NCBI RefSeq assembly: GCF_004010195.1
Contig: NC_057725.1
Coordinates: 27,179,796 to 27,243,795, forward strand
Reading direction: 5' to 3'
Length of the DNA: 64,000 nucleotides
Source: Chiloscyllium plagiosum
Taxonomy: Eukaryota
In this document: piece after piece, positions 10,626-23,005 of the stretch
Layout: the number at the start of each line of letters is the position of its first letter
How positions within the stretch are numbered: position 1 is the stretch's first letter
Translations under genes and position numbers: made by a program
Notes under the pieces: generated by a model
What the model saw: the letters and a program-made list of their open reading frames with translations, nothing else
Databases searched by the model: none
What the model was told of the DNA's origin: nothing

Positions 10626-11304
10626 TCATGGTTCACAGATACCTTTTAAGGCAAAATTTAGAAAATCTGAGCTAAAAGTTCCAACTGCACATGATAGGAT
10701 TTGAATTTACATTTTCTGTAATATGAGGCTGAGTGTCTGGGTGCAGTAATTACCATACATTTATTGGAAGTCAGGATTACGTATAAACTCATTCAGACTC
10801 CCAAGAGTAGAGGTTGCCGGCTGATACTTGTGACCAAGGCCACAGCTGGATGTGAAAATGAAGTCCAGGAATTTGATTCTTTAAAAGTTTGGAATTGGAT
10901 ACAGGAACTGTGATAATTGGTGAGTGGAGTTTATGCCTTTGAGAATCATGTAGCATTATGCTAGATTTTCTTTTCTAATCAACCTGCTTAAAGAGGTTTT
11001 TACCCACTGCTGGAGCAGGTGGGACTTGAACCCAATCCTCCTGGCTCAGAGATAGGGATGCTACCACTGTACTAAGAGTCATTTTGAAGGGTTAAAAAGA
11101 AGCTTAGAGAATTCCAAGGACATTACCAGAACTATATTTATGTATTAATATACAGATTGTTCTGATTTCCATTCAAATTCTTTATTTCTCGTGACTATGA
11201 TTTGCCTTAGAGCTTATTACATTGGATTTCCACATGACAGATTTTAAAATGATTATAACACTTCCTTTGCAGCAGAGCTCACTATTAGAATTAACTTAGT
11301 GCCT

Positions 11305-11910
11305 GTCATGACCTCAGGATGTCCAAGAACACTTTACCGCAAATTTTATACTGTTGATGTGTTGTCACTGTTATCATTTGGGAAATAAGGCAGTTAGTAT
11401 TTGCACAGGAGCCTCCAATAACAACAGTAATTTACTGACCAGTCTGTTTTACTGATTTTGATTGAGGGCTAAATGTTGGTCTGAGGTTGTGAAAAATGCA
11501 ATACAAGTGCAAGAGTTTGTTTCAATGACATTTCATATCACAACTTGTTGGAAAAATTAACAGCCACTTTTCAAGTGTAGTTCTGTTGTTATTTAAGCCA
11601 AAGGCAACTGTTTGCGGATGACCAAGCTCATGCTGTTCACAATGGAGAGCACTGTCCAGTAGTTCCATGCTGATGAATGAATAAGGAATGAATGTTGGCC
11701 AGGATGCTGGAAGAACTCCCTGTTCATCTTTGAAAATTGCCTGGATTTCCTGAACTTGATGAAAGAGGACTGCAATTTTAACAACCCATCTAAAAGATGG
11801 CATTACTGATAATACTACACCTCTCATTACTGCAATCAAATGCCAACCTAACATGAACAGCCTAAATCCACTGAAGCCCATCAGTCTTCAAGGCAAGACT
11901 GTCTTCAATC
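11305..11910 (-). mobile_element. DeuSINE-like element(s), degenerate
   Basis: Reverse-complement Deu consensus (tcatgacctcaggatgtcc..aatgttggccaggat..gaactccctg..tttaacaacccatctaaaagatggca). Confidence 0.6.
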
Positions 11911-12179
11911 CAATGTGCTGGCATTTGATACACTTCCAGTTTTCAGATCTTTAATCAATTATTTCACTCCTTTGTACACCTAACCAGTTGGATTTAATGA
12001 GCATTGGGATTTGTAAGGCTGTTTTTACATGGTTACTTCATTGACTCATCATTCTTAGCACCAAATTTCTGCATGGCTCTTGAGAAATTGTACCCACCTA
12101 AAGACCCCATGGAGACTAAAATGCTTCAGCACTCATTATGTATGTCTGTCTTGTAGGAATGGACACAATGCTGAGAGAG

Positions 12180-12480
12180 AATAATATGCATTTCTATAGC
12201 ACCTCAGGATACCCCAAAATACTTTGTAACGTAGAACATATGGTAGCTGATTTGTGTACAGCAAATTGCACAAACAGCAATGTATTAACAGCAGATTTAT
12301 TTTAGTGACTGTGCATTGAGAAATAAATATTGACCACAGTGCTTGGGGGAGCTGTCATACTCTTCTGTGAAATAGTGTAGTTAGATCCTTTGCAACCACC
12401 TGAGAAGGACAACAGGGCAAGAGTTTAACATCTCAGTCGTAAAATGGCATCACTAAAAGTGCAGTATTCTCTCAGAACTG
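12180..12480 (-). mobile_element. DeuSINE-like element
   Basis: tgcatttctatagcacc..aaacagcaatgt..aaatattgacca..cacctgaga..gtttaacatctca. Confidence 0.6.
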
Positions 12481-13341
12481 GGAAAGGGACAGGATAACAG
12501 AATACAAAGAATGCCAAATATAAGAGCAGATTTTCCTTTGTGGTTAATAGTTCTCTCCTCCCTGTCCCGACGTAGTTGGCAATGATCTCTTCCATGAATG
12601 GATCTTCAGAAACCTTCTGCTCTGCCCTGAACTTAAGGAAAAGTTTGAGATTGTGGAGCAACCATTTAGCTTCCAAGTTGGAGGGGGCTTTAATTTACAT
12701 TGGCCCATCTAATAAACTATTGGTTTGTTTTTTTTTGCGCAAGCAGATGTTGCAAATGTAATAAGCCAAACATCTGCTCCTGCTTTGCTTCCCAAGTGCC
12801 AGAACAAAATCCAACGCAACTGTAAAAAGATCCACAGTGACATTCAATTTTAAATAGTTAGGATGAATCTACTGCCCTATACTAAACTTGCTCTTTGTGA
12901 ATACACGCACACACTCAATTGCTGACCACAGCAGGAAGTTTGACGTATGGTTTTCATAATGCAATCAAGTTGTTTTTGCATCAACACAAATGACATTTAA
13001 ATAAGTGAAGCGCCAACACACTCTTTAACAATGTTAAGTATTTTCCACTGACAAAGTTTGTCCAGATTGTACGGGCAGTGAAAGATTCTGTGATCCAGCC
13101 AGCCTGACCGGTGAAGCTGAGAGAGCCCGTGTTGACACCCCTGTCCTCCCAAACCCCTAAAGCCCTTGTGTGATGTTCTGGGAGTGGAATAAAAATTGGA
13201 TTTGATCAAAGGCAATTTAAGTCAGAAACAAATTTGGAATTGTTAATGTGTAAAATCTTGAATGTAGGAAATTCCACTTATCAAAAAGTCTGATGATGAA
13301 GAACTAGTTTATGTGCTAGTTCTATCTTCAAAGTAGACAGC

Positions 13342-13925
13342 CAAGAGACTGGAAGAACACAGCAAGCCCAGCAACGTCAGGCGGTGGAGAAGTTGACGTT
13401 TCAGGTGTAACCCTTCTTCTGGATTGGGGGTGAGTGCAAGAGCAGCTTCAGATAAAGGGGGTGGCAGCAGCAAGCTAGTGAAGTGGGGATAGGTGAAGAT
13501 AGGCAGTGGGTGTGACCTGCTTGGTCAATGGGAAGAATGAATCCAGTTGGTGGCAGGGAGGAGTGGAAGGGAGGAGTGGAAGGGAGGGGGAGGGGCTGAG
13601 AAGGGATCGGGGGTGGGAAGGGTGGTTATTTGAAACTGGAGAACTTGATGTTGAGTCCTCTGGGCTGTGACCTGCCCAGGTGGAAGATGGGGTGTTGTTC
13701 CTCCGATTTGTGGTTTGGCTTGTTGTGGCAATGGAGGAGGCCAAGGATGATCATGTCGGAACAGGAGTGGGAAAGCAAATTAAAATGGGCAGTGAGTGGG
13801 AGGTCCAGTCAGCCACTGCGGGCCTAGCTGTGCTGCTCAGCGAGCCATTCCCTAAGTTTGTTTCATCTCCCCAATGTAGAGAAGATCACATCAGGGACAC
13901 CTGATAAGGTAAACTAGGTTGGAAG
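13342..13925 (-). mobile_element. PLE 3' fragment (GIY-YIG end, pyrimidine-rich UTR, pLTR)
   Basis: Minus strand encodes EEQHPIFHLGRSQPRGLNIKF-like end; decayed hammerhead cagaagaagggttacacctgaaacgtc at about 13394-13422. Confidence 0.8.
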
Positions 13926-14126
13926 AGCATGCAGGCAAGGCTGGTTTTCCAGTTCAGACTTGGGTGCATTCTTAACTGTGACCTTTGCCATTTTCAAACA
14001 AGGGCTGCAAAATTCAATGGTATAATTTTTGAGGGACTAAACAGACATGCCTTCATTCTTTGAGGCAGGCACTGATGTAGTATGCTATCAACAGCCTGGG
14101 TAGTGTTCATAAAGTCAGGGCGAAGT

Positions 14127-14475
14127 ATAGTATGGAACAGACCCTTCGGTCCAACTTGACCATGCCGACCAGATATGCTTACCTAATCCAGTTCCACCTG
14201 CCAGCACCTGGCCCATATCTCTCTAAACCCTTCCCATTCATATACCCATCCAGATGCCTTTTAAATGTTGCATTGTACTAGCCTTCACCACTTCCTCTGG
14301 CAGCCCATTCCATACACGTACCACCCTCTGCGTGAAAACATTGTCCGTTAGGTCCCTTTTATGTCTTTCTCCTCTCATCCTAAATCTGTGCCCTCTAGTT
14401 CTGGACTCCCTCACCCCAGGGAAAAGATTTTGTCTCTTTTTCCTATCCATGCCCTTTGTGATTTTATAAACCTCT
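14127..14475 (-). mobile_element. CR1 (HER1-like) LINE 3' end
   Basis: ORF 14238-14450: ESRTRGHRFRMRGER..FTQRVVRVWNGLPEEVV; 3' UTR shared with 19627, 47957, 55750 and 63155. Confidence 0.9.
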
Positions 14476-14500
14476 CAGCCTTTGACCTGAAATGGATAAA

Positions 14501-15147
14501 CAGAGGAATCTCAATTATCCAAATGAGATGGGTGGGCACTATTTCGTTTGGATAATTGATTAGTTGGATAATCAATTTGACTTTAAACAAGGGAAACTAT
14601 ACTAATCCAACTCTGTGCTCTACCAGAGAGTTTGTTTAAATCTGTAATTTTGAAGAGTCTGCTGTTTAAATAGACTAATCTTTGCATTCTGCAAATTGCA
14701 GGTTAAACTGAGAAGGACTAAACCCTTACCATCACATAAATATATGAAATCCCAGTATTAAACAAGGTCCCAAACAGTTTCTACAATCACAAGCGCTTGT
14801 CAGTTTCCGCTAAACTCCGTGTCGTGATAGACAGACAGAAGCACCGCCTTGTGCACGCGTATACTTTCTCCGCCATTTTTGTCATGAACAGCCTGATAAA
14901 GTGACAGGACTAAAGCACTTACCTTTGCAAACAGCTGTGTAACTAACCCTAATGTAAATAATATCCAGTCACTGATGCTTGAGATGCTTGTGTTTCTTTG
15001 TTTTTGCCAGCATTTTCGCATGTTCTTCAGTACAGGTAATCTGCATTCACTTACCTCTTTGATGTAACGTTTTTGCGGGACCATGAGATCTTCTTCGGAT
15101 AATCTGAAATTTGGATAATTGATATTTGAATGATTGAGGTTCCTCTG
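14501..15147. mobile_element. Non-autonomous Tigger/pogo (Tc1-mariner) DNA transposon
   Basis: Terminal inverted repeats CAGAGGAATCTCAATTATCC / gaatgattgaggttcctCTG followed by TA; subterminal ggataat repeats; same ends as 51822-52086. Confidence 0.8.
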
Positions 15148-15255
15148 TACACAGCTGTATGTGTCCATTCCCCTGAAACTGAGCTAGTCCTGCTGTCATT
15201 CAACCCCTTGTAGAAACACAGACCAAGATTAGGCTATGTAGGTCCTAATGATACC

Positions 15256-17053
15256 CAGCATCTGCAGTCCTCACTTTCTCAACATGCTCTTGACTCTGAT
15301 CTCCAGCATCTGCAGTCCTCACCTTTTCCCTCCATGCCCACTTTTTCACCCCGGACACCAGCTCATCCACTGAGGACCCCTTCTCTCGCCTCCAATACAC
15401 GCCATCTACCTAGACATCCCGTGCCAGCCTGTTACCCACCCTTGACCTCTTCATTTCAAACTGTTGCCGTAACAGTGACCGCCTTAACCTGTCCACCCCC
15501 TCACCCTCTCCAACTTCCCATCGTAACAACGCACAGCCCTCTACTTCCTCCGCTTCAATCCCAACTTCACCATCAAAACTGCAGACAAGGGGGATGCAGT
15601 AGTCGTGTGGCGCACCAACCTCTACACCACTGAAGCTAGGCACCCACTCGTAGAAACCTCCTCCTACTGCCCCCTGATCATGACCTCACCTCCTATCACC
15701 AAACCATCATCTCCCAGATCATCCACAACCTCATTACCTCTGGGGATCTCTCATCCACAGCCTCCAACTTCCTTGTCTGTGCACCCCGCACTGCCCAATT
15801 CTACCGACTACTGAAGATTCACAAACCTGACTGGCCCGGTTGACCCATTGTTTCAGCCTGCGCCTGTCCCACCGAAATCATCTCTTCCTACCTCGACACC
15901 GTCCTGTCTCCCTTAGTCCGGGAACTCCCCACCCATGTTCACGACACCATCCACGCCCTCCACCTCCTCCAAGACTTTTGGTTCCCCGATCCCCAAAGCC
16001 TCATCTTCACCATGGACATCCAGTTTCTGTACTCGATCTGCCATGATGAAGGTCTCCAATCTCTCCATTTGTTCCTCTCACATCATCCCAACCAGTACCC
16101 TTCCACCGACACCCTCATCCTCTTGGTTGAACTGGTTCTCACCCTCAACAACTTCTCCTTCCAATCTTCCCACTTCCTCCAAACAGACCCTACCACCAAA
16201 GATATAATTCCCTCCCTACCCCTATCAGGGTTCCAGAGAGACCATTTCCTCCACAACTCCGTCATCAGGTCCATACACCCCACCAGCCCACACCCCATTC
16301 CTGGCACCTTTCCCTGCCACCGCAGGAAGTGCAAAGCCTGCATCCAACCACGCCCCTCACCTCCGTCCAAGGCCCCAAAGGATCCTTCCACATCCTGGAA
16401 AATTTATCTGGACCTCTACCAATGTCATCTACTGTATCCGTTGCACTCGATGTGGTCTCCTCTATATCAAGGAGACAGATCGCCTTTTTGTGGATCGTTT
16501 CAGAGAACATCTCTGGGACACTTGCACCAACCAGCCCCACCACCCCATGGCTGAACACTCCAACTCCCCCTCCCATGCCATCAAGGACCTGCAGGACCTG
16601 GGCCTCCTCCACCGCCAAACCCTAACCATCTGACACCTGGAGGAAGAACACCTGATATTCCACCTTGGGACCCTACAACCGCAAGTAATCAATGTGGATT
16701 TTAACAGTTTCCTCATTTCCCCTCCCCCACATTATCCCAGTCCCAAGTCTCCAAATCAGCACCACCTTCCTGATCTGTCCATCACCTTTCCCATCTATCC
16801 GCTCCACCCTCCTCTCCGATCTAACACCTTCTCCCTCACCTTCATCTACCTATTGCATTCTCAGCTACCTTGCCCCTAGCCCCAGTCCCCTCCCTTTTAT
16901 CTCTCAGCCCCTGGCCCACAAGCTTCATTCCTGATGAAGGGCTTATGCTCGAAATGTTGATTCTCTTGCTGCTCAGATGCTGCCTAACCTGCTGTGCTTT
17001 TCCAGCACCACACTCTCGACTCTGATCTCCAGCATCTGCAGTCCTCACTTTCT
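15256..17053 (+). mobile_element. Decayed Penelope-like retroelement (family A) with RT N-half, Zn-finger linker, GIY-YIG and pLTRs
   Basis: TIKTADKGDAVVVW, LKIHKPD..PIVS, IFTMDIQFLY, LTLNNFSF, GTFPCHRRKCK.C, NVIYCIRCTRCGLLYI.ET, LEEEHLIFHLGTLQP..INVDF; pLTR pieces at 15256-15331 and about 16925-17053; stops and frameshifts. Confidence 0.93.
16927..16962 (+). ncRNA. Hammerhead motif, CpG-decayed
   Basis: AUUC-CUGAUGA-A-GGGC UUAU GCUC-GAAA-UGUU-GAUU in the 3' pLTR. Confidence 0.55.
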
Positions 17054-17089
17054 ACTAGGATTACAATTCATATGATTGACTAAACTGTG

Positions 17090-17470
17090 ATCAGTCAGCA
17101 GCATTCTCGGTAGATTGAGGATACAAGTTCTAGATCTAGACTCATACTTCAGTGCAGTGCTGCGGTTATGTTACATTCAAGGAGATATCGTTCATGCTGC
17201 TTGCCCACTGAGGTGGACATAAACAACTCATGACATTATTTCAAAGAACAGCAGGAAAGTTCATCCTGGTATTCTGGCCAATATTTATCTTTAATCAACA
17301 ACAATAATACAGATTATAAGATATTTTATCACTTTGCTGCTTGTGGGAACTTGCTGTACACAAAATTGTCTATAATACTCCTTACATTACAAAAATTGAC
17401 AGATGAAAGTATTTCATTGGCTGAAGAGTATATGGGATGTCCTGGGGCTGTGAAAGATGCTGTACAAAGC
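17090..17470 (+). mobile_element. DeuSINE-like element
   Basis: ctggccaatatttatc..tcaac..ttgctgcttgtgggaacttgctgt..agtatttcattggctg..gggatgtcctg..gtgaaag. Confidence 0.7.
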
Positions 17471-17475
17471 CAAGT

Positions 17476-18185
17476 GGGGAGTATTGTTGAACAGAGAGAC
17501 CTAGCGGGTTCAGGTACGTAGTTCTTTGAAAGTGGCATCACAGGTAGACAAGGTGGTGAAGGAGGCATGTGGCATGCTCACTTTCATTAGAGCATTGATT
17601 ATAGGAGCTTGGACATTATGTTGTCACTATACAGGACATTGGTGAGACCACTTTTGGAATACTGCATAAAGTTCTGGTTGCCCTGCTATAGGAAAGACGT
17701 TAACAAATTGGAAAGGGTACAGAAAAGATTTACAGTCATGTTACTGGGACTGGAGGGCTTTAGTTATAAGGAGAGGCTGGAAAGGCTGGGACTTTTTCCC
17801 TGGTGTTTAGGAGGTTGATGGGTAACCTTAGTGGTTTACAAAATCATGAGGGGTATAGATAAGGTGAATAACAAACGTCTTTTCCGAGGGTAAGGGAGCT
17901 CAGAACAAGAGGGCATAGGCTTAAGGTGAGAAGAGAAAGATTTAAAAGGGATCTGAAGGGCAACATTTTGGCACAGAGGGCAGTCTGTATATGCAATGAC
18001 CTGCCATGGGAAATGGAAGGTGCAGATACTGTTACAACATGTGGAAGACATTTGGATAGGTACATGAATAGAAAAGATTAAGGGACGTGGGCCAAATGCA
18101 GGCAAATGGTACTAGTTTAGTTTAGGAAACCTGGTTGGCATGAATGAGTTGGATGGAAGGGTCTGTTTCAGTGCTGTATGAATCT
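17476..18185 (+). mobile_element. CR1 LINE 3' fragment
   Basis: ORF 17609-17818: LYRTLVRPLLEYC..W.P.YRKDVNKLERVQKRFT. Confidence 0.92.
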
Positions 18186-18676
18186 TTAAGTCTTGCATTT
18201 TGTGTGTCAATGACTGTGACAGTTTCCTTCAGGTATGCATGGAGACAGGAAGCTGGAACACAACCAAGAATAATGGAAACATGTTACTTCTGAACTGCAG
18301 CAGAACGTAATACAAACATTTCATCATAGCAACAAACAGCTAGCGAGGCAGTTGGCTGTCAAAATAAAAAGGATCGAGTTTATTCCGAATCTGTCTTTAG
18401 CTGTCAGGGGATACAAAAGTATTCATCTGACTATCATTATAACTCAGGCTTGAATTGATTTATTTTAATGTTGTTTGTGTAAAATTACAGGCAGTAATTT
18501 CTGGGTTATGTCACAATACTTGTCATTCTTCAGATAAGACCAGATGACCATGTTTGGAGGAGTTGGTTTAAATTGTGTTTGGTATGCTTTGCAGTCTAGG
18601 GATTGACAACAATTCTGCTCTACTAGCCATGCATTCTGTCATAATGATGCAACTAGATTGAATATATGGAAACTCT

Positions 18677-18812
18677 CGTTCTGAAGAAGAGTAATACTGG
18701 ACTCAAAACATTCACTCGGTTTCTCTCTCTACAGATGCATCCAGACTTGCTGGGTTTCTCAAGCTCTTTCTGTTTTTATCTCAGATTTCCAGCATCTGCA
18801 GAAGTTGTTTTT
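18677..18812 (+). mobile_element. PLE-type pLTR remnant, family C
   Basis: gttCTGAAGAagagt..gactcAAAAcatt followed by cagatgc..ccagacttgctg..ccagcatctgcag: same layout as family A pLTR. Confidence 0.65.
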
Positions 18813-19029
18813 TGATTAAACTATTTGACCCAGCTGGTATTTGTATATATAGTCCATACAACAACCTCCACCCCACCCCCATTTAATTTCCCATGTCTTA
18901 GTCTTTCAGCACGGCTTTATGTCTATTCATTTTTCACATGTACTCAAATATTTTCTTTTGAGAACAGCAAAGTACTCAGCCTTGCTGCTTTCCATGGTTG
19001 CCAATTCTACAATCTAATGACTTTTCTAT

Positions 19030-19625
19030 TTACTCGTGGGATGTGGACACAATGGCTGGTTGGGCATTTATTGCCCATTTATTATTGCCCTTAAGATGCT
19101 GGTGTCTTCTTGAACAGCTGCAGTGCATGTGCTGTAGGTAGACCAATTGTCTGTTAGGAAGGGAATTCCAGGATTTTGACCCAGTGCCAATGAAGGAATT
19201 GCAATATTTTTTCAAGTCAGGATCGTGAATGGCTTGGGAGGGATCTTGCAGCTGGTGGCATTCTCTTGTCTTTGTTGTCTTTGTCCTTTTAGGTAGAAAT
19301 GGTGTTGGGTTTGGAAGACGCTGTCTAAAGAGCCATAAGACACACAAATGCTACTGAGCATCAATGCTGGAGGGCAGGGATTTTTGTGAATGTTATGCAA
19401 ATCAAGTAGGCTGCTTTGTCCAGGATGGTATCAAGCTTCTTGAATGTTGTTGGAGCTGCATTAATTCAGGAAAATGGGGAATATTCCATCAGATTTCTAC
19501 CTTGTGCCTTGTAGAGGGTGGACATGCTCTAGGGTAAGGAGTTGATTTACTTGGTGTCCTATTCCTAGCCTCTGACATGCTGTTGTAGTCATAGTATTTA
19601 TATGGCTAATCCAATTCAGTTCCTT
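19030..19625 (-). mobile_element. CR1/L2-group LINE 3' fragment
   Basis: Minus strand GSKSWNSLPN; homologous to 31055-31570 and 43545-44015. Confidence 0.7.
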
Positions 19626-19626
19626 T

Positions 19627-19858
19627 AGAGTCATAGAGATATACAGCACGGAAACAGACCCTTCGGTCCAACCCGTCCATGTCAACCAGATATCCCAACC
19701 TCATCTCGTCCCACAAGCCAGCACCCGCCCTATATCCCTCCAAGCCCTTCCTATACATTTACCCATCCAGATGCCTTTTAAATATTGCAATTGTACCAGC
19801 CTCCACCACGTCCTCTGGCAGCTCATTCCATACACGTACCACCCTCTGCATGAAAATG
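19627..19858 (-). mobile_element. CR1 (HER1-like) 3' end
   Basis: agagtcatagag tail plus acagacccttcggtccaac 3' UTR. Confidence 0.88.
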
Positions 19859-22049
19859 GTAACATTGTTGTCATTGTTCAAGTGAAGAATTTTCTCCCCA
19901 TATCCTGATGTGATTTACTATTCCTTTTTTTTGTGTTCACAATTCCTTAACAACTTTCATGATCTCATGGTCTCTTAAAATGTTTTTGCAGCCAACACCA
20001 GTACTCTTCTTTTGAAGCACTTTTCTTGCTACAACATAGGAAACATTTCATGTGCTTAATTAAAGCAATAAAGTGATTCAACAATTCCTTTATATTAATG
20101 CAAGGTACTAGATATCACTCCCTAAATTGTAGAAAAGTGTTCCAGTCAAAATTTTAAATGACTTCATCATTATAATGTTTGAACAACATTATTTTAATGA
20201 ATATTAAGTCACTTGTATAATACAGGACTTCCAGCATTAAAGTTATCTTTGATAATGGATATTTTGCTAATGAACCACAATGTATATTGTATGAATATGT
20301 TCAGCATAATTTAAATTTGAAAATGGGTCATCATCTTGCAGAAGTAGAGAATTAGCTCAAGATTGTTCTGTACTCAGTTGGCATTAAAATTAGATGTGAA
20401 AAGTCTAAATGCATTTTAACCACAGTGAGTTAATCTGAATTAATCTAAGCAACATGCCTTTATTCCTCATTTTTGACTTGAAACTGAGTTTTGTAGGTGC
20501 AGATTTCCAGTTGCTATACATTCTGCTAGGCCTCTTCTGCAATATTGTGTAAAGTCAAACTGAAGGCATTCCTCATGTTATCTGCTAGTGAGGCCTCTAT
20601 GCAACTTAGCTTTATCTTGAGTTAGTATGCACAGTGTGGGCTGCATTCGTGAAACGCAAACCCTAAATCATTCGCTTCCAACCATTCCACCTCTGACCTC
20701 CTTACATGCTGACCTCCCAATTCCCCCTCCCCCAATCTCACCTCACATCTTGTCAACCATTGACTGTACCTCCATTTACACCAGTCAGTTTTCCCCTCCC
20801 AGGGACTCATGATATCCCTGCAATCACTAACCTGGGACTTATCAACTCCCATCATATGTGCATGGGGTTAAGTACACTGCCTGGGGATTCACCCAAAAAT
20901 AGACCCACATGGTGGTACACAATACTGATGCATGAGTGTATTTTTCCCCCATCAATTGAGTATGACTCCTCTCCCCAGAACTGCATACTCACTGTTATCA
21001 AGAAGCAGGGAGCGTGCTCAACAAGAAAATTTTAAGCTGGTGTGTTTTTTTTATATAGAGAGAGCCCAATTACTATTCTGAGAACACTTGGTTGCACAGA
21101 GGAAGATTAATTCTAAAGTATTAGATGGGATGGAATCATCAGATTGGTTTGAGATAAAGCTGCATTGACTACACACCCGGAGGTTTTAGATACTGAAAAA
21201 TGCTCCTAAAATTCGACATCGCCTTGTGCAATATGTTTACCTCAGATAAACATAATCTGTCACAGACATGGAAGAATTGAAGTTGAAATTCAGTGTTTTC
21301 ACTCAGTGCTAATATGTGTTTTAGTGTTGGTCTCACCACCGTCAGAGATTTATGAAGCTCTTTTCTTCTCCCTCATGTTTGCTGAAGCTGTGGGGGTGGC
21401 AGGTTGAGTTTTCCTTTCAGATCCTTTATTCTGTGTAATAAATGATCTTGTTGACTGGCCGTCTTTTTTGTTTCATGCAGACACTGAGACGGAGGGAATA
21501 AATTCTCTCAGTCCCCAGTGGATGCAGCTCAGAACACATTCCTCCTAAATAGTGTAAAGCTATGCTGCCCTGTTTGAACATTTCCATTCAAGAACCCAGT
21601 CGGGAAATGAGCAACAATTTGGAAGCATTCCTGCCCCTGCTTAGAGCAGTTCGACAGTTGAGAGGCACACAATCACTGTTATAAATCACTTTTAAGATTG
21701 TAGTTTTTTAATTCATTGTCATATCTAGGGTGACTATGCACAATCTTTCATTGATTTGGGTGCTGTTTCAGCTTCTTAACTGCATGCAGATCTGAGATTT
21801 TTTTTTCTTTCTTCAGTGGTTTACGAGCTATATTTACTCACAAGCATGATTTTTCCCACTGGGTCTCCCATCTCTGCCTTCACTTATACATCCTGAGGAG
21901 CCCAGAGCTGGGACATTCTTAGCTTTCCTTTTCATCACTACATGCTCTTGGATTCTTTAGCTCTAAACTGACAGTCTTGTCTACATTCAGGGAGTGTCAG
22001 TGGTGTGGATTGTATGAAATCTGTTTGTAGTCAAACACCCATAGTAACG

Positions 22050-22270
22050 CAACAACAACTTGTATTTATATAGTGCCTTCAACATAATGAAACATCCCAA
22101 GGCACTTTATAGAAGACAAGTATGACATCAAACTATACAAGGGCAGTTAATCAAAAGTAGTTGCAGAGGTAGGTTTTAAGAAGTGTCTTAAAGAAGGAAA
22201 GTACAATAAAGAGGTATTACCTCCATGAAGGTGAGACTCCATCCAGTGAAATTGATTCAAATTAGAAATG
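22050..22270 (-). mobile_element. L2 3' end
   Basis: caacaacaacttgtatttatatagtgccttcaacataatgaaacatcccaaggcacttta is the L2-type tail. Confidence 0.65.
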
Positions 22271-22659
22271 TATTCTGCCAAGAGGCATTGCAACAACTTT
22301 ATTCCCAATGTTCCATTTCCAGTAGTCTAAAATAGCTTGAGCTCGCCAGAATTACTGTCAGTAAAGAAGTTAATTATATGCAAATTGCACTCTGTGGTGT
22401 GCTATTTAATAGAGATGTTTTCAGCTTTTATACAAGTGGACGAATGCCAAAAGAGTATCATATGCATACATTAAGTCATCTGTTAATATCACCATCAGCC
22501 TTCCTGGCCTCCTGGATTGTCTTGATATTATTGAGGCAGGAGGTTAAACTTCCTTTCTGTATGCATCATTGAAAATTGTTTCTTAAGATAAAATCAGAGT
22601 GAGAGACTCAAATTATAATCAGTACAACACTTTAACTGTCTCATCCTTAATGGGTTACA

Positions 22660-23005
22660 AGCTTGCTTCACCATTCAGTTAGATCCTCACTGATTTATAC
22701 CTTAATTCCATCTTTCCATCCTCTTTACCTTTTAGCCTCTTGCTTGACAAAAACAACCATTTAATCGTCCACTATCTGCTTTCTGAGGGAGAGATTTCTG
22801 GATTCCATTTACCCTTCTTTCAAGTATATATTTCTGACATCACCCCTGAAATGCTTAGCTAGTTATTCCATTTTGTTCTGAACTCCCACATGAGAGGAAA
22901 TGGCTTCACTCTCTCTACCCTACCAAATGCTTTGATCATTTTAAACACTAACAATTAGATCATTCTTTGATCTTCTGGACTGTAATGAATATAAGCCTAG
23001 TTTAC
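22660..23005 (-). mobile_element. Old CR1 3' fragment
   Basis: Degenerate match to other minus-strand CR1 ends (gttctgaactccc..gaggaaa..ctctctacccta). Confidence 0.45.

Noticed and set aside
10970-11085. tRNA-like sequence
   Set aside because: A and B boxes are present but there is no cloverleaf; it is a SINE head with homologs at 1715 and 26645.
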